From Octopus sinensis (lineage: Eukaryota), in contig NC_043000.1 in the NCBI RefSeq assembly GCF_006345805.1, positions 83,266,001 to 83,330,000 on the forward strand: a stretch of DNA of 64,000 bases, in the 5' to 3' direction. Numbering within the stretch: position 1 is the stretch's first letter; the number at the start of each line of letters is the position of its first letter. This document shows, in pieces, positions 28,501 through 42,331 of the stretch. The notes under the pieces were generated by a model. It saw nothing but the letters and a program-made list of their open reading frames with translations, did no database searches and had not been told where the DNA came from. The translations under genes were made by a program, and so were the position numbers.

Positions 28501-31500
28501 TATGTATATACATACATACATATAATTTTATAGTGAGTAAAAATGGAATACATCTTTTATATTGATGAATCTTTATTAAGTTCAACAACAGTAACATTAA
28601 ATAAAAAAATACAAGGAAGAATAAATATATCTGAAATGCAATCCTAGCTGAAAGAGAAATGGTTAAGAAAGAATAAATGGGGGTGAGAAGTCAGGGTAGC
28701 TAAGATATGTCAGAATATATTTTATACAATAGAGAAATATGTTGTACTCATTTTCTTTTTCCTTTTAATGTTAAGAATTTTAGAAGACAAAATAATATTG
28801 GAAAACAAAAAATAAAATTAACTGTATTAAAAAATGTTTTTTCCTTTAAGTAAAATAAATAACTTATTGAAAACTATTTATAATTTGTGGTAGATGGAGA
28901 TAAAGAATATTGATTATCTGCTGGACAGATATTAGGGGGTTCATAGGAATTGGGATATCACATGGTGAAATACGTCAAAGAAAAGTCAAAGATATAATTG
29001 ATATATATATATAATATATGGCATGTTTAGTGTGTAACTGTAACAACCTCTATATGTATAGGGATGTACTTACTGTGTATTATTTATTGTAGCAGTATCT
29101 ACATATGAAGTTGATCTGAGATCATCTGTTGAAACTAAAATAATAACACTGTGCAAGAGTCATGAAAGTCATGTGCATACCATTAGATGCAGTTTTTTCT
29201 TAATTTTTGATAGCATTTATAATATTAACTATCAAAAGTTTTCACTGTGCACGTATAATTGCACTGCATCTATATAATGATACATGTGGGGGTTTTAAAT
29301 AGCAGCCATGACTCAGCTATAATGTGTGTGCACATGTTGGTATATTAAGGGTAGCCAACCTGTGTGTGTGTGTGTTGTGGCTGAAATTAAAAATATACAT
29401 GGATATTTTTAAATTGCATTATATTATCAATTACAAATAGGCTTTTTTTTAAAAACTTTCTATCAGTATAAATAAATATTTAAGATAAGGCCTTGAATGT
29501 CAAATTGAATATTAAAGTGAATTCAGTGTTTTAAATCACATAGCAATAGTAGCTTCACACCTAATTATTTCTGTGGAATTTTCTTTCTAAGGTTATTTTT
29601 ATTTGTGAACAGTTGATGCTTAAGATGGTACATCTCTCACCAACACTTTTCATAGTCTCACAGAAAAAGGAAATGTGTTTCAAATTCTACAATATCTAGC
29701 TGTACCCAAAAGGACATGACAGTATTAACAGATGCTGATACTGGGATATATAGAAAATAATGAAATAATGAGATAATTGGTGATATACTGTGCAATGAAC
29801 AAACTATGGAAAAAAGAAGAATAATGATGATACTGTAAGGAATATAGCAATAAACAAATCTAAAGACCTGGGTATCAACAATGCAGTGATGCTAAAAATA
29901 ATATTCCTGATGATTTATCTTCATATAGTGTGTTGAAGCCATGTCAATGAAGTACAACAGTCTTTTATTGCCATATTGAAGAATATGAACTCAGCAATGA
30001 AAGCCTGAAAAACCACTTGTATACAATATTTTAATTATAGTGATGAGGAGCTGTGCCTCCTATAGTACTTATTGACAGCAGGATGAACTGGGCATTACAT
30101 TAAGAAAATTAAATATCTTGGCCAGATTCTAAAATCTGAACTGCAAATTATAAGATGAAATTTATTATTTATGCTTACTTCAGCATAGTTCACCATAATC
30201 AAACGTTTATATTGTATTTCAGTTAAGCAAGCAAATGAAAGGTGTATTAATAACTAATAAATGTTAATTTACACCACTTTTGGGACTCATTACATTCAAG
30301 CATATTGTTATGCTATGACCACTATCCTCCTTGAATATATTGTACTAATAAAAAAAATCACAATTTTAAAAATTATGTGATAAAATGTAACATCAAGAAA
30401 AAAATGGGTGTTAAAATTTTTTAAGGCACACCACCCAGAATTATGTTTCAAGAAAAACTTAATGATGTTTTTTTTTCTCCATTTAAGACTAATATATATA
30501 GTTTCTAAGATTTAAAACTATATTCAAATGTCCTTGGGATATATTTATGTAAGTCCTTTCTAGGATCAAGAAAGAGGAATCACGACCAGGTTCTCACCAA
30601 GTTTACTTTATGGTTACATTTCCAACAAACCCTATTCCTTCAGCAACCACTACACTAGATAATTCACTCTCAATTTTTGATCAGAAACAGGACACTGTGA
30701 CCCTCAAAGAGAGATGTATGATCAGTGTTTAGCTCATTAATATTTGACAAGTTAGCAAGGGTTGTTTAGTTCTGAAAAATGTAGGTTTTCACAAGTATTT
30801 TTGGAGCAGATATTTTCAGTTGAATTGTTTTCCAGCATTAATTTAACCACAAAATGAGAAAACAATCTAATTCCAGTTCACTTAACCAAGGCAGAATAAT
30901 AAGCACAAAGATTGTGGAAGAATTTGAACACATAATGGTCACTATTTTAGTATTCTAACCAGTCAGTTACTTGAACTAATTGCTGAATAAATGAAAATAT
31001 AAGTTTGGATTTTAGTAATTCCATAAGTTTGAAAGACAAGTATCTTGGTTACAAGAAATATAGTTCCAGTGTTTGATGTCCAGAAGGATTTTCAAAATAG
31101 ATGACAGTTACATACAAAACTTTGAATTTTTGGAGGGTTTGTCGTTGCTTAATCCCCTCCAAGACATCCCTAATTGAGCAGATTTATGGTTGAAGAGATT
31201 CTCACAGTGATCATTCCGTATGTTTGTATATCCAAGACAGCATTATCCAATGTGTCCCTTTTTAAAGACAATCTGGGACTGAAGGAGATTTATCTACTAT
31301 TTCTAGCAGAGTAATCAAGGGGTAATATAAGACTGACATTTATGCCTCTATATCAAGGCTGTTAGCAACACAAGTGAAGTGAAATTACGAACAAGAAATA
31401 AAAAAAAAGTAGCAAACCTCCCAACAAATTACCTCTACACTGCTGTATGTAAATTTCAATAACTGTGTGAAAAATGTCTGCACTACAAATATTATATTTA

Positions 31501-31731
31501 AATCAACAACCATCATAAATATAATGATTACATTGGTTTTGATTTGTTTCCAGTTTAAAGTAAAATAGACTGGAACAGTATATACATGACAATTATATAA
31601 TATAGCCCTATGAATTCATAGTATATACATGAATAGGAAGAACAGGAGATTCCAGTGACTTATTTTGTCTGCTAATGGCAACTATAGATCCAGCAAAAGA
31701 ATAATTATTTTTAATCATCCTAAAACCCACC

Positions 31732-31767
<36 letters not shown>

Positions 31768-32549
31768 TGCACAAAGCAGAGAAAATAAAAGAAATATTAT
31801 AGAAGAAAGTATGCACAGAGAAAGAAAGAAGGCATTGGTAGGGGAGGAAAGAAGTTTCCAAATGAACCAGATGCAGAGAGGATGCTACAGTGACTGAGCA
31901 CATTAGCAGCAGAATCAACGATGACAGGAAAATTAACTCTATGTATGGGTAGACACAATACAACCTGGCTAACAGTTGCACTGAAGTTGAAAATGAAGCA
32001 ATCAGCAACAACATGTTCATTAGGGCCTGTGCAATCCAGAAACAGCTTGATAGAGTTTCAGATCATGAAACAACACTGCAATTCCAATGCCACTTGAAAG
32101 GCAAATAGAACCATGCATACATGTTACATGCACACATATGGATGTATCTGTATGCACATGTGAATGTATGTGTGTTATAATCATGATGGTGTATTTGTGA
32201 GTGTTGTTATCTGCAAAATTAGATTTCCAAATTAAACATCCTAACAAAACATATCAATTTCTAGATGATCCTTTCTGTGTGGGGTGTTAAGTTGTGCCTT
32301 AGAAGAAGATATACTAGAGAGGTTTCATATTGTTATCATCAGCTGTGCAGGAAAAACAAACACTTTATAAGCAAGAGAAGTGTTATTTAAGCCTTTCAGA
32401 AGAACATAACAAATTATCCATTAAGTGAAATTGCTGAGCAGAAGCCAGGGCATTGATTACGACACCATAAACTTACTTGTTGTTTTCTGCTGGTTAACAT
32501 TATTAACAATAGATAAATAGATTAAAATAAGAAAATGAAAAGAAAAACA

Positions 32550-32672
32550 AAATATTTGGCAGCACTCAAAAAAAAAAAACCCATTTAATTTAGGTTTAGG
32601 TAGAAAATATGAACATATATATTTATATTCTCCACCTAAATTAAATATTTCTTTTTTTGAGTGATGCTAAAT

Positions 32673-32720
<48 letters not shown>

Positions 32721-32792
32721 TAAAAACAATTGATACAGAAGATAGAGTACACTGGAAACTTTATAAATAAAGTTTTCAGTATCAATTGTTTT
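32550..32792. repeat. Two fold-back hairpins flanking a (TA)n(GA)n tract (32550-32676 and 32723-32792)
   Basis: aaatatttggcagcactcaaaaaa / tttttttgagtgatgctaaatgttt, and aaaacaattgatacagaa / ttcagtatcaattgtttt. Confidence 0.7.
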
Positions 32793-33735
32793 CATATCAA
32801 TAGTTTCTGCTGTACTCAACTTGCACTGAGGAATTCCTAACGTAGACCCAGCGACAATTGTGCAATTACCAAGGATGATAAACAGTGAATGTGCTTTGTC
32901 GGCATACTACCAGGGACATAACCAAAATGCAGTTTAAATTTTAAATTTAAATCTAAACTTGAATTATAACTTTATATATATATACATAAAAAGCAAGTGA
33001 CTCACGTTATTAATTATCTCTTATGTTGCTAAGTTAAGAATGATGGTTTTGTGTGTGCATTATATATGTATAATGGTCTCTATCTTTGCAAAAGGCCAAT
33101 ATTATGTATTATTCAGCCATCCTTCACAATCAAATATGACTCAATAGCAGTATGCGTTATTGTCCAGTTATCTAAAACAGGGATAAAGATAGTGTTAAGA
33201 TATAGACACCCACTGAACTCTGAACACTGCACCCTTGACTCAGCAGAACCTCAAAAGTTGTGACAGTGTCGGGAGAGAAGGCTGCATCCCAGTACTTTAT
33301 TATATCAATCCCAGAAGGATTAAAAGCAAAGCTGTGTGTGTTGGTATATATCTTAAGGCTGTTTATAAGTCATTTTGTTTATTAAATAATAATAATAATG
33401 GTTTCAAATTTTGGCACAAGGCCAGCAAGTTCAGGAAAGGGGTAAGTCAATTACACTGATCCCAGTGCTCAACTAGCACTTATTTTATTGACCTTGAAAG
33501 GATGAAAGGCAAAGTCAACCTTGGCAGAATTTGAACTCAGAACATAAAGATGGATGAAATACCACTAAAGCATTTTGCCTGGCATGCTAATGATTCTGCC
33601 AGGTCGCCACCTTCATTAATACACATAATAAACCTAATAATAATAATAGTAATAATATACAACTGTTTGTAGTACTGTCAATAAGATGAAGAATTTTGGA
33701 GGTTAAAAAAAAAACTGAAGCAGATCATCATGTCA

Positions 33736-33969
33736 TCAGGAATCTTCATCGGAGTTATTGGCTGTAAAGCTTTCAAAAGGTAAGTAAATTTTTTGAATTC
33801 TTATGATTTTTTCTCGACAGAGAGGACATTCTTTGATATGAGGTGCACAGGCCCTGCAGCAGACAAGATGGCCACATGGACACAGAACTGTTGAGATATT
33901 TGCATTCATGCAGATTCGACATGTTAAAGAGTCCTTCACTGTTTGAACTGTATTTCTAAGACTGCTCAC
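33736..33969 (-). CDS. MYLIP: E3 ubiquitin ligase MYLIP/IDOL, last coding exon (C3HC4 RING)
   Basis: Acceptor ttttag|GTG at 33969. Reads CRICMNANISTVLCPCGHLVCCRACAPHIKECPLCR...IYLP, then TGA at 33738-36. Confidence 0.93.
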   Translation of the reverse strand: MSSLRNTVQTVKDSLTCRICMNANISTVLCPCGHLVCCRACAPHIKECPLCREKIIRIQKIYLPFESFTANNSDEDS

Positions 33970-34782
33970 CTAAAAGACAAAAACAAAAAAAACAATTTGA
34001 TTACTGAACTGTGTTTCTTTACAATACAGGGATATAATGGAAACACAGGGTTATAATGCAATGTGAAGTGTCAGTGACAAATGAAGAAAGGTTTTGATTC
34101 TTTACCATACATACTTAGGCAATTGCTAAAATAGGGTCCCACTAAGGTGAGCAAGGGTGTAGTTGATTATATCAACTAACATACTTCACTCTTCCTGCAC
34201 TTAATACATTCATTCTTTCATTTTCAACAGCACAACCACCTGAGCAAAGAATCTACTATCATATTTCTAACTACTTCTACTCATCTGATTTACTATATTG
34301 TATACAGTCACCCATGCCCAACAAATAAGCTAGGCTAGTTGTGATCAAGGAAATTGCTTCCCTGAGCACCAGTTGGATGCCTGTAGGAATGTCCCTGGCC
34401 TTCTGAAGCCCTGTGGTTTGTGACTTCAACTCTTCTTAATACCTCTCCACATTTGGAGTTCACAAACACTAGTATTCAATCGCAACCTTCCAAGTCAGCA
34501 AACAATAGCTCATTTTTCAACTAGGTACTTCAAACTATAATGGTATAGATATTTGCCTAGGCATGGCTGTGTGGTTATGGAAGCTTGCTACTCAACTACA
34601 TGGTTTGGGGTTCAGTCCCACTGCATAACACCTTAGGCAACTGTCTTTTGCTATGGCCTCACTCTGACCAAAGCCTTGTGATTGAATTTGGTAGGTGAAA
34701 GTTCATATCATATGTGTGAAAATGCTTGTGTCTCCTTTAATAGATAGGACAAAAATTCCTTTAATTTCACCTTCCCGTCCCA

Positions 34783-35280
34783 CATCATCATTTAACGTCC
34801 ATTGTCCATGCTGGCATGGGTTGGACAGTTTGACTGGGCTGGCACATTGGAAGGCTGCACCAGACACCAGTCTGATTTGGCATGGTTTTCTGCAGCTGGA
34901 TGCTTTTCCTAATGCCAACAACTCTGAGGGTGTAATGGGTGCTTTTATATGCCACCAGTATGAGTGCCATTTGCATGACACCAGGGTGCATTTACGTACC
35001 ACCGGCACGGGTGCCAATTTGCGTGACACCAATATATACCACAACTGTAATTTTGTTCAGCTTGATGGGTCTTCTTCTCAAGCATGACATAATGCCAAAG
35101 GTCTTGATTATTGCTTCCGTGAGGCTCAGTGCTCGAAAGGAACTCAGCCTCCTTGCCTCCATGAGGCCTGACACTCAAAAGAAACTCAGCCACTTTTACT
35201 CTGTGAGGCCCAATGCTTGAAAGAAACTCAGCCACATTGCATCTGTGAGAACCAACATTCAAAAGATGTTCTTTAAGTGC
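34783..35280 (-). mobile_element. RTE-type 3' tail element with a local tandem array of ~38-bp units
   Basis: Starts catcatcatttaacgtccattgtccatgctggcatggg. The unit gtgagg..c.a.gct.gaaa.gaactcagcc is repeated about 4 times at ~35118-35270. Confidence 0.75.
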
Positions 35281-35670
35281 CACCAGCACAGGTGCACCAA
35301 AAAATAAAAGAAACTTTTTCATCTTATTGTCATGTATTTTTATTTCTTTGTAACTGGTTTTCTGTGCTTGTCACTCATTAACTCAAACTACACTGCAAAT
35401 CTTCCTCACACCAATCACCTCTCTTCTTATGCACTAATGGGGTATTTTATAATCTTTCAGTTCACAAAGTGGGAGTCATTTTTGAAAATTTGACAACTGA
35501 AATAACTTCTGAAGGTTCCAAGAAATCTTTTTAAAAATTCATTTAAAAATTTATTCCTTTTGACCAAAATCACTATACGCTTGTTTGTCTGATATAAGAT
35601 CTCAAGTTTTGAAGTGTTCATATTTCAGTTAAAAATCTCCCAATAAATTTATGGAAAAATCTTTTCTTAA

Positions 35671-35879
35671 TCCTTTAGCATTCAAACCGGTCATATATGG
35701 CCCAAATATTCTACCTCGTATGTTCAAACTGTTAGAACTTTGTCTCTTACATCTACCCTACAAAATAATTTAAAAAAATACAATCACATCATTGCAATAT
35801 CAAAGTTACAAGATATTGCATGATTAATTTGAAACAGTGTGAATAATACATTTATCAGAGTAATTTGAATGCTAAAGCA
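35671..35879. mobile_element. piggyBac-type MITE (uninterrupted copy of the 55406 family)
   Basis: TTAA|TCCTTTAGCATTC ... GAATGCTAAAGCA|TTAA. Internal sequence matches 55406-55770 without the 131-bp insert. Confidence 0.75.
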
Positions 35880-36072
35880 TTAAGTTATGTTCCAAATACC
35901 AAGTTAATTACAAAGTTATTTTACTTAATCTTACAAAATTCTTCAGTGTTTTCAAAATTAATTGGAAGTGTATTTCATTAAAAATATTTTTTCAAAAGTA
36001 TTAAAGCATTTATATTTATATATATATATATATATATAGATGTAGACAGTTGCATATGGAAGTACATATGCA

Positions 36073-36710
36073 TCATACAGTCTATCTTTTGCTCTGAGCG
36101 AGAAGCCCTTTGTCACCAGCAGAGGTAAGAGCTCTCTGAACTTTGCCCAGGCTATTCTTATTCTAGCAGCTACACTTTCAGCACACCTCCCCCTCTACTG
36201 ACTTGGTCACCTAGGTAACAGAAGCTATCAACTACTTGTAGTTTTTCTCCCTGGAATGTTGCGGAAGTTGTTCTCTGCACATTTACAGTGTTTATTACCC
36301 CTGAGCATCTGCCACATACAAAAGCTATCCTCCCAGTTAGCCTTCCTTTGATATTGCTGTACTTCTTATGTGTCCATAGCTTACACTGGGTACATCTTAT
36401 AGTTTCTACCTATGCCTTTTCTACAGATTGAGCAGGGCCATATACTTGAAGGGATTTGTGGTTTGTCTGCCTTCCTACTTATTAAGACTGGTTTTAGCTA
36501 AGTTGACTCTAAGGCCCTTTGATTCTAATCCTTGCTTCCACACCTGAAACTTTTCCTCTAGTTCTGATAGTTACTCAGCAATTAGAGCAAAATCATCAGC
36601 ATAGAGGAGCTCCCAGGGGCACCCTGTCTTGAATTCCTCTGTTATTGCTTGGAGGACTATGATGAATAAACCGAGGACTGATCCTTGGTGGACCCCTACC
36701 CCTACCCGGA
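36073..36710 (-). mobile_element. RTE-clade LINE reverse transcriptase fragment
   Basis: VGVGVHQGSVL...TGCPWELLYADDFALIAE, then GLRVNLAKT, a Cys-rich insert (WPCSICRK, CTQCKLWTHK, FVCGRC) and VDSFCYLGD, with stops and frameshifts. Confidence 0.88.
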
Positions 36711-36789
36711 ACATGTAAAAGATATTAATGAACTCAGGCTGAATGATTCCAAAAAATGACAGGTTTATTCTTTTGAGACACAAAAATCT

Positions 36790-37182
36790 GTTTGGAAGAG
36801 GTAGACTCAGGTAGCAGAATCTTTGAACATTGGGCCTCATAGAGGTGATGACATGTGACCGAAACCTCTGGTGATATTCTGTGCTTAAGAAGACTCATCA
36901 AGTCAAGTGAAATTGTAGTCATGGCTGATGCCAGTGTCATGTGACTGGCACTCATGTCAGTGGCACATAAAAGCACCAATGCTAGAGACACACAAAAAGC
37001 ACCAATGCTAGAGACATGTAAAAAGCACCCATTACACTCTTGGAGTAGTTGGCATTAGGAAAGGCATCCAGCTATAGAAACCATGCCAAATCAGACTGGA
37101 ACTTGGTGCAGCTTACCAGTTCCAGTCAAACCGTCCAACCCATGCCAACATGGAATGCAAACACTAAATAATAATGATGATG
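36790..37182 (+). mobile_element. RTE-type 3' tail element
   Basis: Same family as 21930-22518; ends catgccaacatggaatgcaaacactaaatataatgatgatga. Confidence 0.75.
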
Positions 37183-37214
37183 AAGGGAAGGAGGAAAAAA
37201 CAATCAAATCTCAC

Positions 37215-37360
37215 TTCAGTTTCTTCAGGATCATTTGACATGTTTGTTGCAGTGGAATTTGTTTCTGTTTCAATGTCGTTGCTCATCTTGTAAAGTTTTC
37301 TCCGTACATGATCATGGACCTCTTGACTTGTTCGTTTAATGTCAAAAATATAGGTTTTGC
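37215..37360 (-). CDS. MYLIP: MYLIP/IDOL coding exon (end of FERM region plus linker); missing from the ORF track
   Basis: Acceptor ttttgtag|37360, donor GAA|gtgag at 37214; 146 nt, phase 1 to 0. Reads (G)KTYIFDIKRTSQEVHDHVRRKLYKMSNDIETETNSTATNMSNDPEETE, matching the [24 protein letters not shown] block recalled for vertebrate IDOL. Confidence 0.92.
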
Positions 37361-38802
37361 CTACAAAACATAAGTGATATTGTTAGATACAGAAATAAGA
37401 CACTGTCTGCAATACATAGGAAAACAGATTTTTTACTTTCTCACATATACAATACGTATAAGAGTCTTTCCATTTTATCTTTTTCCCCTCACTTTCTTTC
37501 CATTCACCCAATCTTCCCTTCTTTCACTCTCTATAATCTTGTGTTTCTTATCTCTATGCAATCTGAAGCACTTACACTCCAGTTAAACATATTTCAAGTC
37601 TAATATGTCACAATATTTAAGCAATATTGCCTAAGATAGGAAAAAAAAATTATTTTTTAAAAATGTTAAAAACCATCATCATGGTTCTGTGTAAATTAGG
37701 AAACAATGGTGAATGAAAATTTGGTAAATAGAATTATAAGCTTTCATCATATCATCTTTTAACTTTTACTTGTTTCAGTTGTCAGACTGTAGTCTTGCTG
37801 GGACACTGCCTTGAATAATTTTTAGTGAAATGGATTGGGCCCCCAGTGCTTATTTCTTTTTCAAGCCTGATGCTTATTCTATTGGTCTCTACAGCCAAAC
37901 TGCTAAGTTACAGGGACATAAACACATACACACATATGACAAGCTTCTTTCAGTTTCTATCAACCAAATCCACTTACAAAGCTTTAATTGATCCAGGGCT
38001 ATAGCAGAAACACTTGCCCAAAGTGCCATGCAGTAGAACAGAAACCAGAACCATATGACAATCTTCCTGCCACACAGCTATGCCTGCACCTATAAAATAT
38101 TGGTTTCGATTTTGGCACAAGGCCAGTAATTTTGAGGGTAGGGGATAGTGGATTACACCAACCCTACTGCTCAAATGGTACTTATTTTATCAACCCTGAA
38201 AGAATGAAGGACAAAGTCAACTTCAGAGGAATTTGAACTCAGATGAAATACTGGTAAGCATTTTGCCTGGTGTGTCACAAATTCTGTCAGCACACTGCCT
38301 TAATTGACTTTAGCCCTTTTTTTTCTTCTGTATGCCCCAATATTAGACTATTTCTATAGTCAATGTAAAAGCTTATGATTGTATTTACAAAAGATTATCA
38401 TCATTATTCAGACTACTCACCCCACAGCTTCTCTGCTACTTTAGCAGCTCTCTCTGACTAAATTCCAGGATACCCAAAACTTCTCTTCCTTCCTTCTTTG
38501 CATTCTTCACCCACTATCACCTATTTCCCACTTTCATGTTTACTTTCCCTTATATGTGTGTGTGTGTGTGTGTGTGCGTGTGCACGCACTTGTATGTCAT
38601 CATCATTATTTAACATCCATATTCCATACTGGCATGGGCTGAATGGCTTGATAGGATTTGACTAGCATGAAGGTTGCGTTGGTCTCCAATGTCTACTTTG
38701 GCATGGTTCCAAAGAGGAATATCTTTTTTAATGTCAACTACTTAATAGAGTGTATTGGGTGCCTTTTTTTTTTAATGGCACTAGCATGAGTGAGTCACCA
38801 AG

Positions 38803-38846
<44 letters not shown>

Positions 38847-38872
38847 AAATACAAATGAATGGATAGTTTAAA

Positions 38873-38992
38873 ACATCACTACATGTGTTTCAATAGCATG
38901 GTTTAATTTAAGTAGAAGTTCATTATCTAATAAATTAGGTAACATTAAGTAAATTCATGTTGTTATCCATCAGTCATCTCCTCAGGTAATAT
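38873..38992 (-). ncRNA. Type I hammerhead ribozyme-like motif, sense orientation in a MYLIP intron
   Basis: Minus strand: atattac-CTGAGGA-[long AU-rich stem II, ...aacatg/catgct...]-GAAAC-acat-GTA-gtgatgt. Stem I is 7 bp with G-U pairs. Adjacent to (TA)n at ~38808-38843. Confidence 0.6.
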
Positions 38993-39259
38993 TCTACAAA
39001 GTATTTTGGAAAAAATAGTAAATCTACAGGGAAGGTAATATTTATCTCAAACAGAACGTAATAAGATAATTAACTTTGGTAGTTAATTTGTCACAAATTA
39101 GTTAACTGTCAAATCCCCTCTGTATTACTCTGTGTGTGTGTGCGCGCGTGTGTGTGTGTGTGTGTGCATGCATGCATGCACACAAGATCATCCTCACACA
39201 CATCAAATTAACAAAGCTGCAAGAAAGAAACTGATTCATATTTGTGTAACCTCTATTAC

Positions 39260-39522
39260 CTAATGATGTGTTCTCATTAAATAGGGAGACAAAAGTCCCT
39301 TTTAAATCCCGACAGTATTGCGTGGCTACAATACTGCGAACTGTGTCACATCGATAGAAAGAATGAGTCTCAGTCATACAACGGTAAAGGGCCTTTGCTG
39401 CCTTCTCACTGACAAGTTTGAAGCCAACAGTTCTACTATCTTCTTCGGTTGCTTGATTAATCAGCTGAACAAATACAAGACGGTCAGCAAGTGTAGCCTT
39501 CTGCATCATATGGAAATCAACA
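39260..39522 (-). CDS. MYLIP: MYLIP/IDOL coding exon (FERM F3 lobe)
   Basis: Acceptor tattttcag|39522, donor TTA G|gtaata; 263 nt, phase 2 to 1. Reads ..GFKLVSEKAAKALYRCMTETHSFYRCDTVRSIVATQYCRDLKGTFVSLFNENTSLG. Confidence 0.93.
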
Positions 39523-41935
39523 CTGAAAATATAAGAAAACAATAGATGTATTATTGAAACATCTAACACTGCTACAGGGTCACAAATTTGTCTGACAAAT
39601 GTAATTGAGTGAATCAAACCACTCACAAACTGATCCTTATTTCATTCACTGCAGAAAAGATAAAGCTAAGAGAGGCAATCTAAATGGTCCCTCCAATGAC
39701 CTTGCACAGTTCCCATCAGTCACATTTCACTATCATGACATGTAGCCTCTATTGTAGTCATGCTGAGGCCTTCAATGGAGGCTTAGGGCGATTCAGTTGA
39801 ATGACCTGCCTGTTTGAAGTGTGTAACTAACCATGTGTACCACTTTTATGGGAGTTATGTAGTTAGAATTGTTTTGTTTGGTGTTTTTCTTTGTGTCTTG
39901 CTTCCAGTTGCCTGGTGCACTGTACATATTCTACAGAAAAAGATGAACTCAGAAGTAAACTCCTCATCAAACTTCTGTACTGTACAACCATTACCTTACC
40001 AAGACACATGGTTACATCAAGGCATTCTACTTTGGTATCATCAGCCAACAAAAAAATCATTATGTTGTTGTTTGGCTTACTAAAAATAGCAGTCAAATTT
40101 CCCTTGCCGCCTTAATACATTGGACAATGTAGTTCTTGATATGTATACAAAAAGATAGGATGGTCTCAGACAAAATGCCAGGACTGCTCAATGAAGGCTG
40201 ACCTGGGATTAAACAACAACAGCTTCGGTACCAGATTCATCTATCTCGTCCACCAACTAAAGAAACACATATTCAATACATCATCAGTTGTCATTCAATC
40301 ATAAATGACCATAATACAAGCTCTACTGGATCTCCCCTCAATTAGTCACAAGTTTATTTATTACAATACAGTATAAAGCCCTTTCAAAGTGTTATACAAG
40401 ACTAAGTATTTTGTCACCAATACAATCAACAGAAAACTATTAGCATGAACTATCTGAAGAAGGTAACCTGTCTCCAGTCCCACCATTGCAACAAGTCAGT
40501 AAATCACCATCATCATGATCATCATCTAATGTCCATTTTCCATGCTGGTATGGGCTGGACAGTTTGACTGGAGATGATAAAGCTCTGTTGTCTGTTCTGG
40601 CATGGCTTCTATGGCTGGATGTCCTTCCTAACACCAACCACTTCACAGAGTGTACTGGATGCTTTTATGTGGCAACAGAACCAGTATCAATTCTGCTGTG
40701 GATGGGTCTTCTTTAGTACAGCAAGGTGCCAAATATCTTAGTTCTTTTGTCATCTCCTTTGTAAGTCTCAGTGTCTTGAAATCATCCCATGTCTTTCTGG
40801 GTCTCCCTCTTCCACAAGTTCCATCCTCTTTAAGTAATCAGCCCTTCTGTATGCAACTGTCTACATCCATATGCAACACACGATGTGTATGGATGTAGAT
40901 GCCCAACTTTTTCTCAATACACTAGCACTCTGTCACATGTGTACATCAACATTGCACATCCAGTGGAGTATACTAATTTCATTCCTCTGTAGCCTTTGTA
41001 GGAAAACTAAATCAGGATGACATGGAAACTAGACAGTTCGATTTGTACAACTTCTTTATATATGACAGAAATGAGACAACATGGTTCACTAATTAAGTGA
41101 ATAATATTTACAGGTGTATATTTTGTTACTTGCAATCTAGTGCAATGAACTTTTATAGTGAATGTCTTAAAAAAAAGAAGAAAAAGTCAGACTTTGTTCC
41201 TATGGAACTGTTCAACAGCTGAGTTTATTAATTAAAAAAAATTTTCCCAATCAATCAGCAACTGACTATGCAGCTTTATCAAAAGTGTACTTAATTGCAA
41301 AGAGTGGTGATATCACTACTCAAAGATACTACCGTTATAACCTATGGTGCTGTATATGGAACAAAGTTCTTTCTACACACATTGCCATCAGAGAAGACAG
41401 TGTCACCAGCCTTCAACTAGACCTGATAAACAAGTTTGGCTTAAGTATAATACCACACTCCTGTAAACTTCTCTATTTCTCTTAATTCAACTGTCCCACA
41501 TTATGAAGATTACATATATAAACACAGACACACAGTAACATATTCACAACATAACATGCTCTTGCACACACACACACTTTAAGTATTCTGAACAACTTTG
41601 TGAACAATGTGTAGGCTTAAATCGGACATCAACAATCATTTAAAACTACTCATCATTAACAGTAATTAAAGGCCACACATCATTTGCAATAATTTTATAT
41701 TGTTTGTTCAGGCCTGTTACTGCCAAATTAACTTATCAGCAACATCAAAATATATTTTCCTCATTCTGTGATTATAAACGAATAAAACCCTAATATAATT
41801 TGAATAAACATTTTTCAGTTGAATTTATATTTTCTACACATGCACAAAATGTAAAATGATTCTACTTTACTCATGCAACAATAAAAATAAAAGCTACAGA
41901 AAAAGAATAATACAAATTTATAATCAATGACTTAC

Positions 41936-42331
41936 GTCTCAACTTGTATTAAATTTTCATCAAAAATAGTAATGCCTTCAGGTCCAACGCCAATATGAAC
42001 ATTTTCTCCACTGCAGTTCTTGGCTTCATGGAATGATATTCCATAGTTTGGAAGTTCAGCAACTTCTTGCAGCAGCTTGTATTCAGCCTGGATTGGGTTC
42101 AAAGTTGAAATGCTAGTATGTTGTTCAGCAACTTCACTGGCCAGGGCTAAACCTCCACCAATCTTTTCAACAAGTGTTGTATAGATTGATTCAGTGAACT
42201 CGGTGACAGGGTTTTGATCTAATTTAGACAACTGTGCAAGTAACGCACATATGTTTATACAAGTGGTTTTGTCAGAAACTTGTAATTTCTGACTCATGAG
42301 ATCTTTTATAACTTGAAGAGAAAACTGATGC
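41936..42331 (-). CDS. MYLIP: MYLIP/IDOL coding exon (FERM F2 to F3 start)
   Basis: Acceptor ttcttgcag|42331, donor GAG AC|gtaag; 396 nt, phase 2 to 2. Reads HQFSLQVIKDL...AEYKLLQEVAELPNYGISFH...IGVGPEGITI. Confidence 0.92.

Noticed and set aside
35118-35270. CRISPR-like array of ~38-bp units
   Set aside because: Degenerate tandem repeats without unique spacers, inside a retroelement tail in a eukaryotic intron, with no cas genes.
39102-39626. 174-aa ORF as a single exon
   Set aside because: Only 39260-39522 has MYLIP similarity and splice sites; the extensions are intron and microsatellite.
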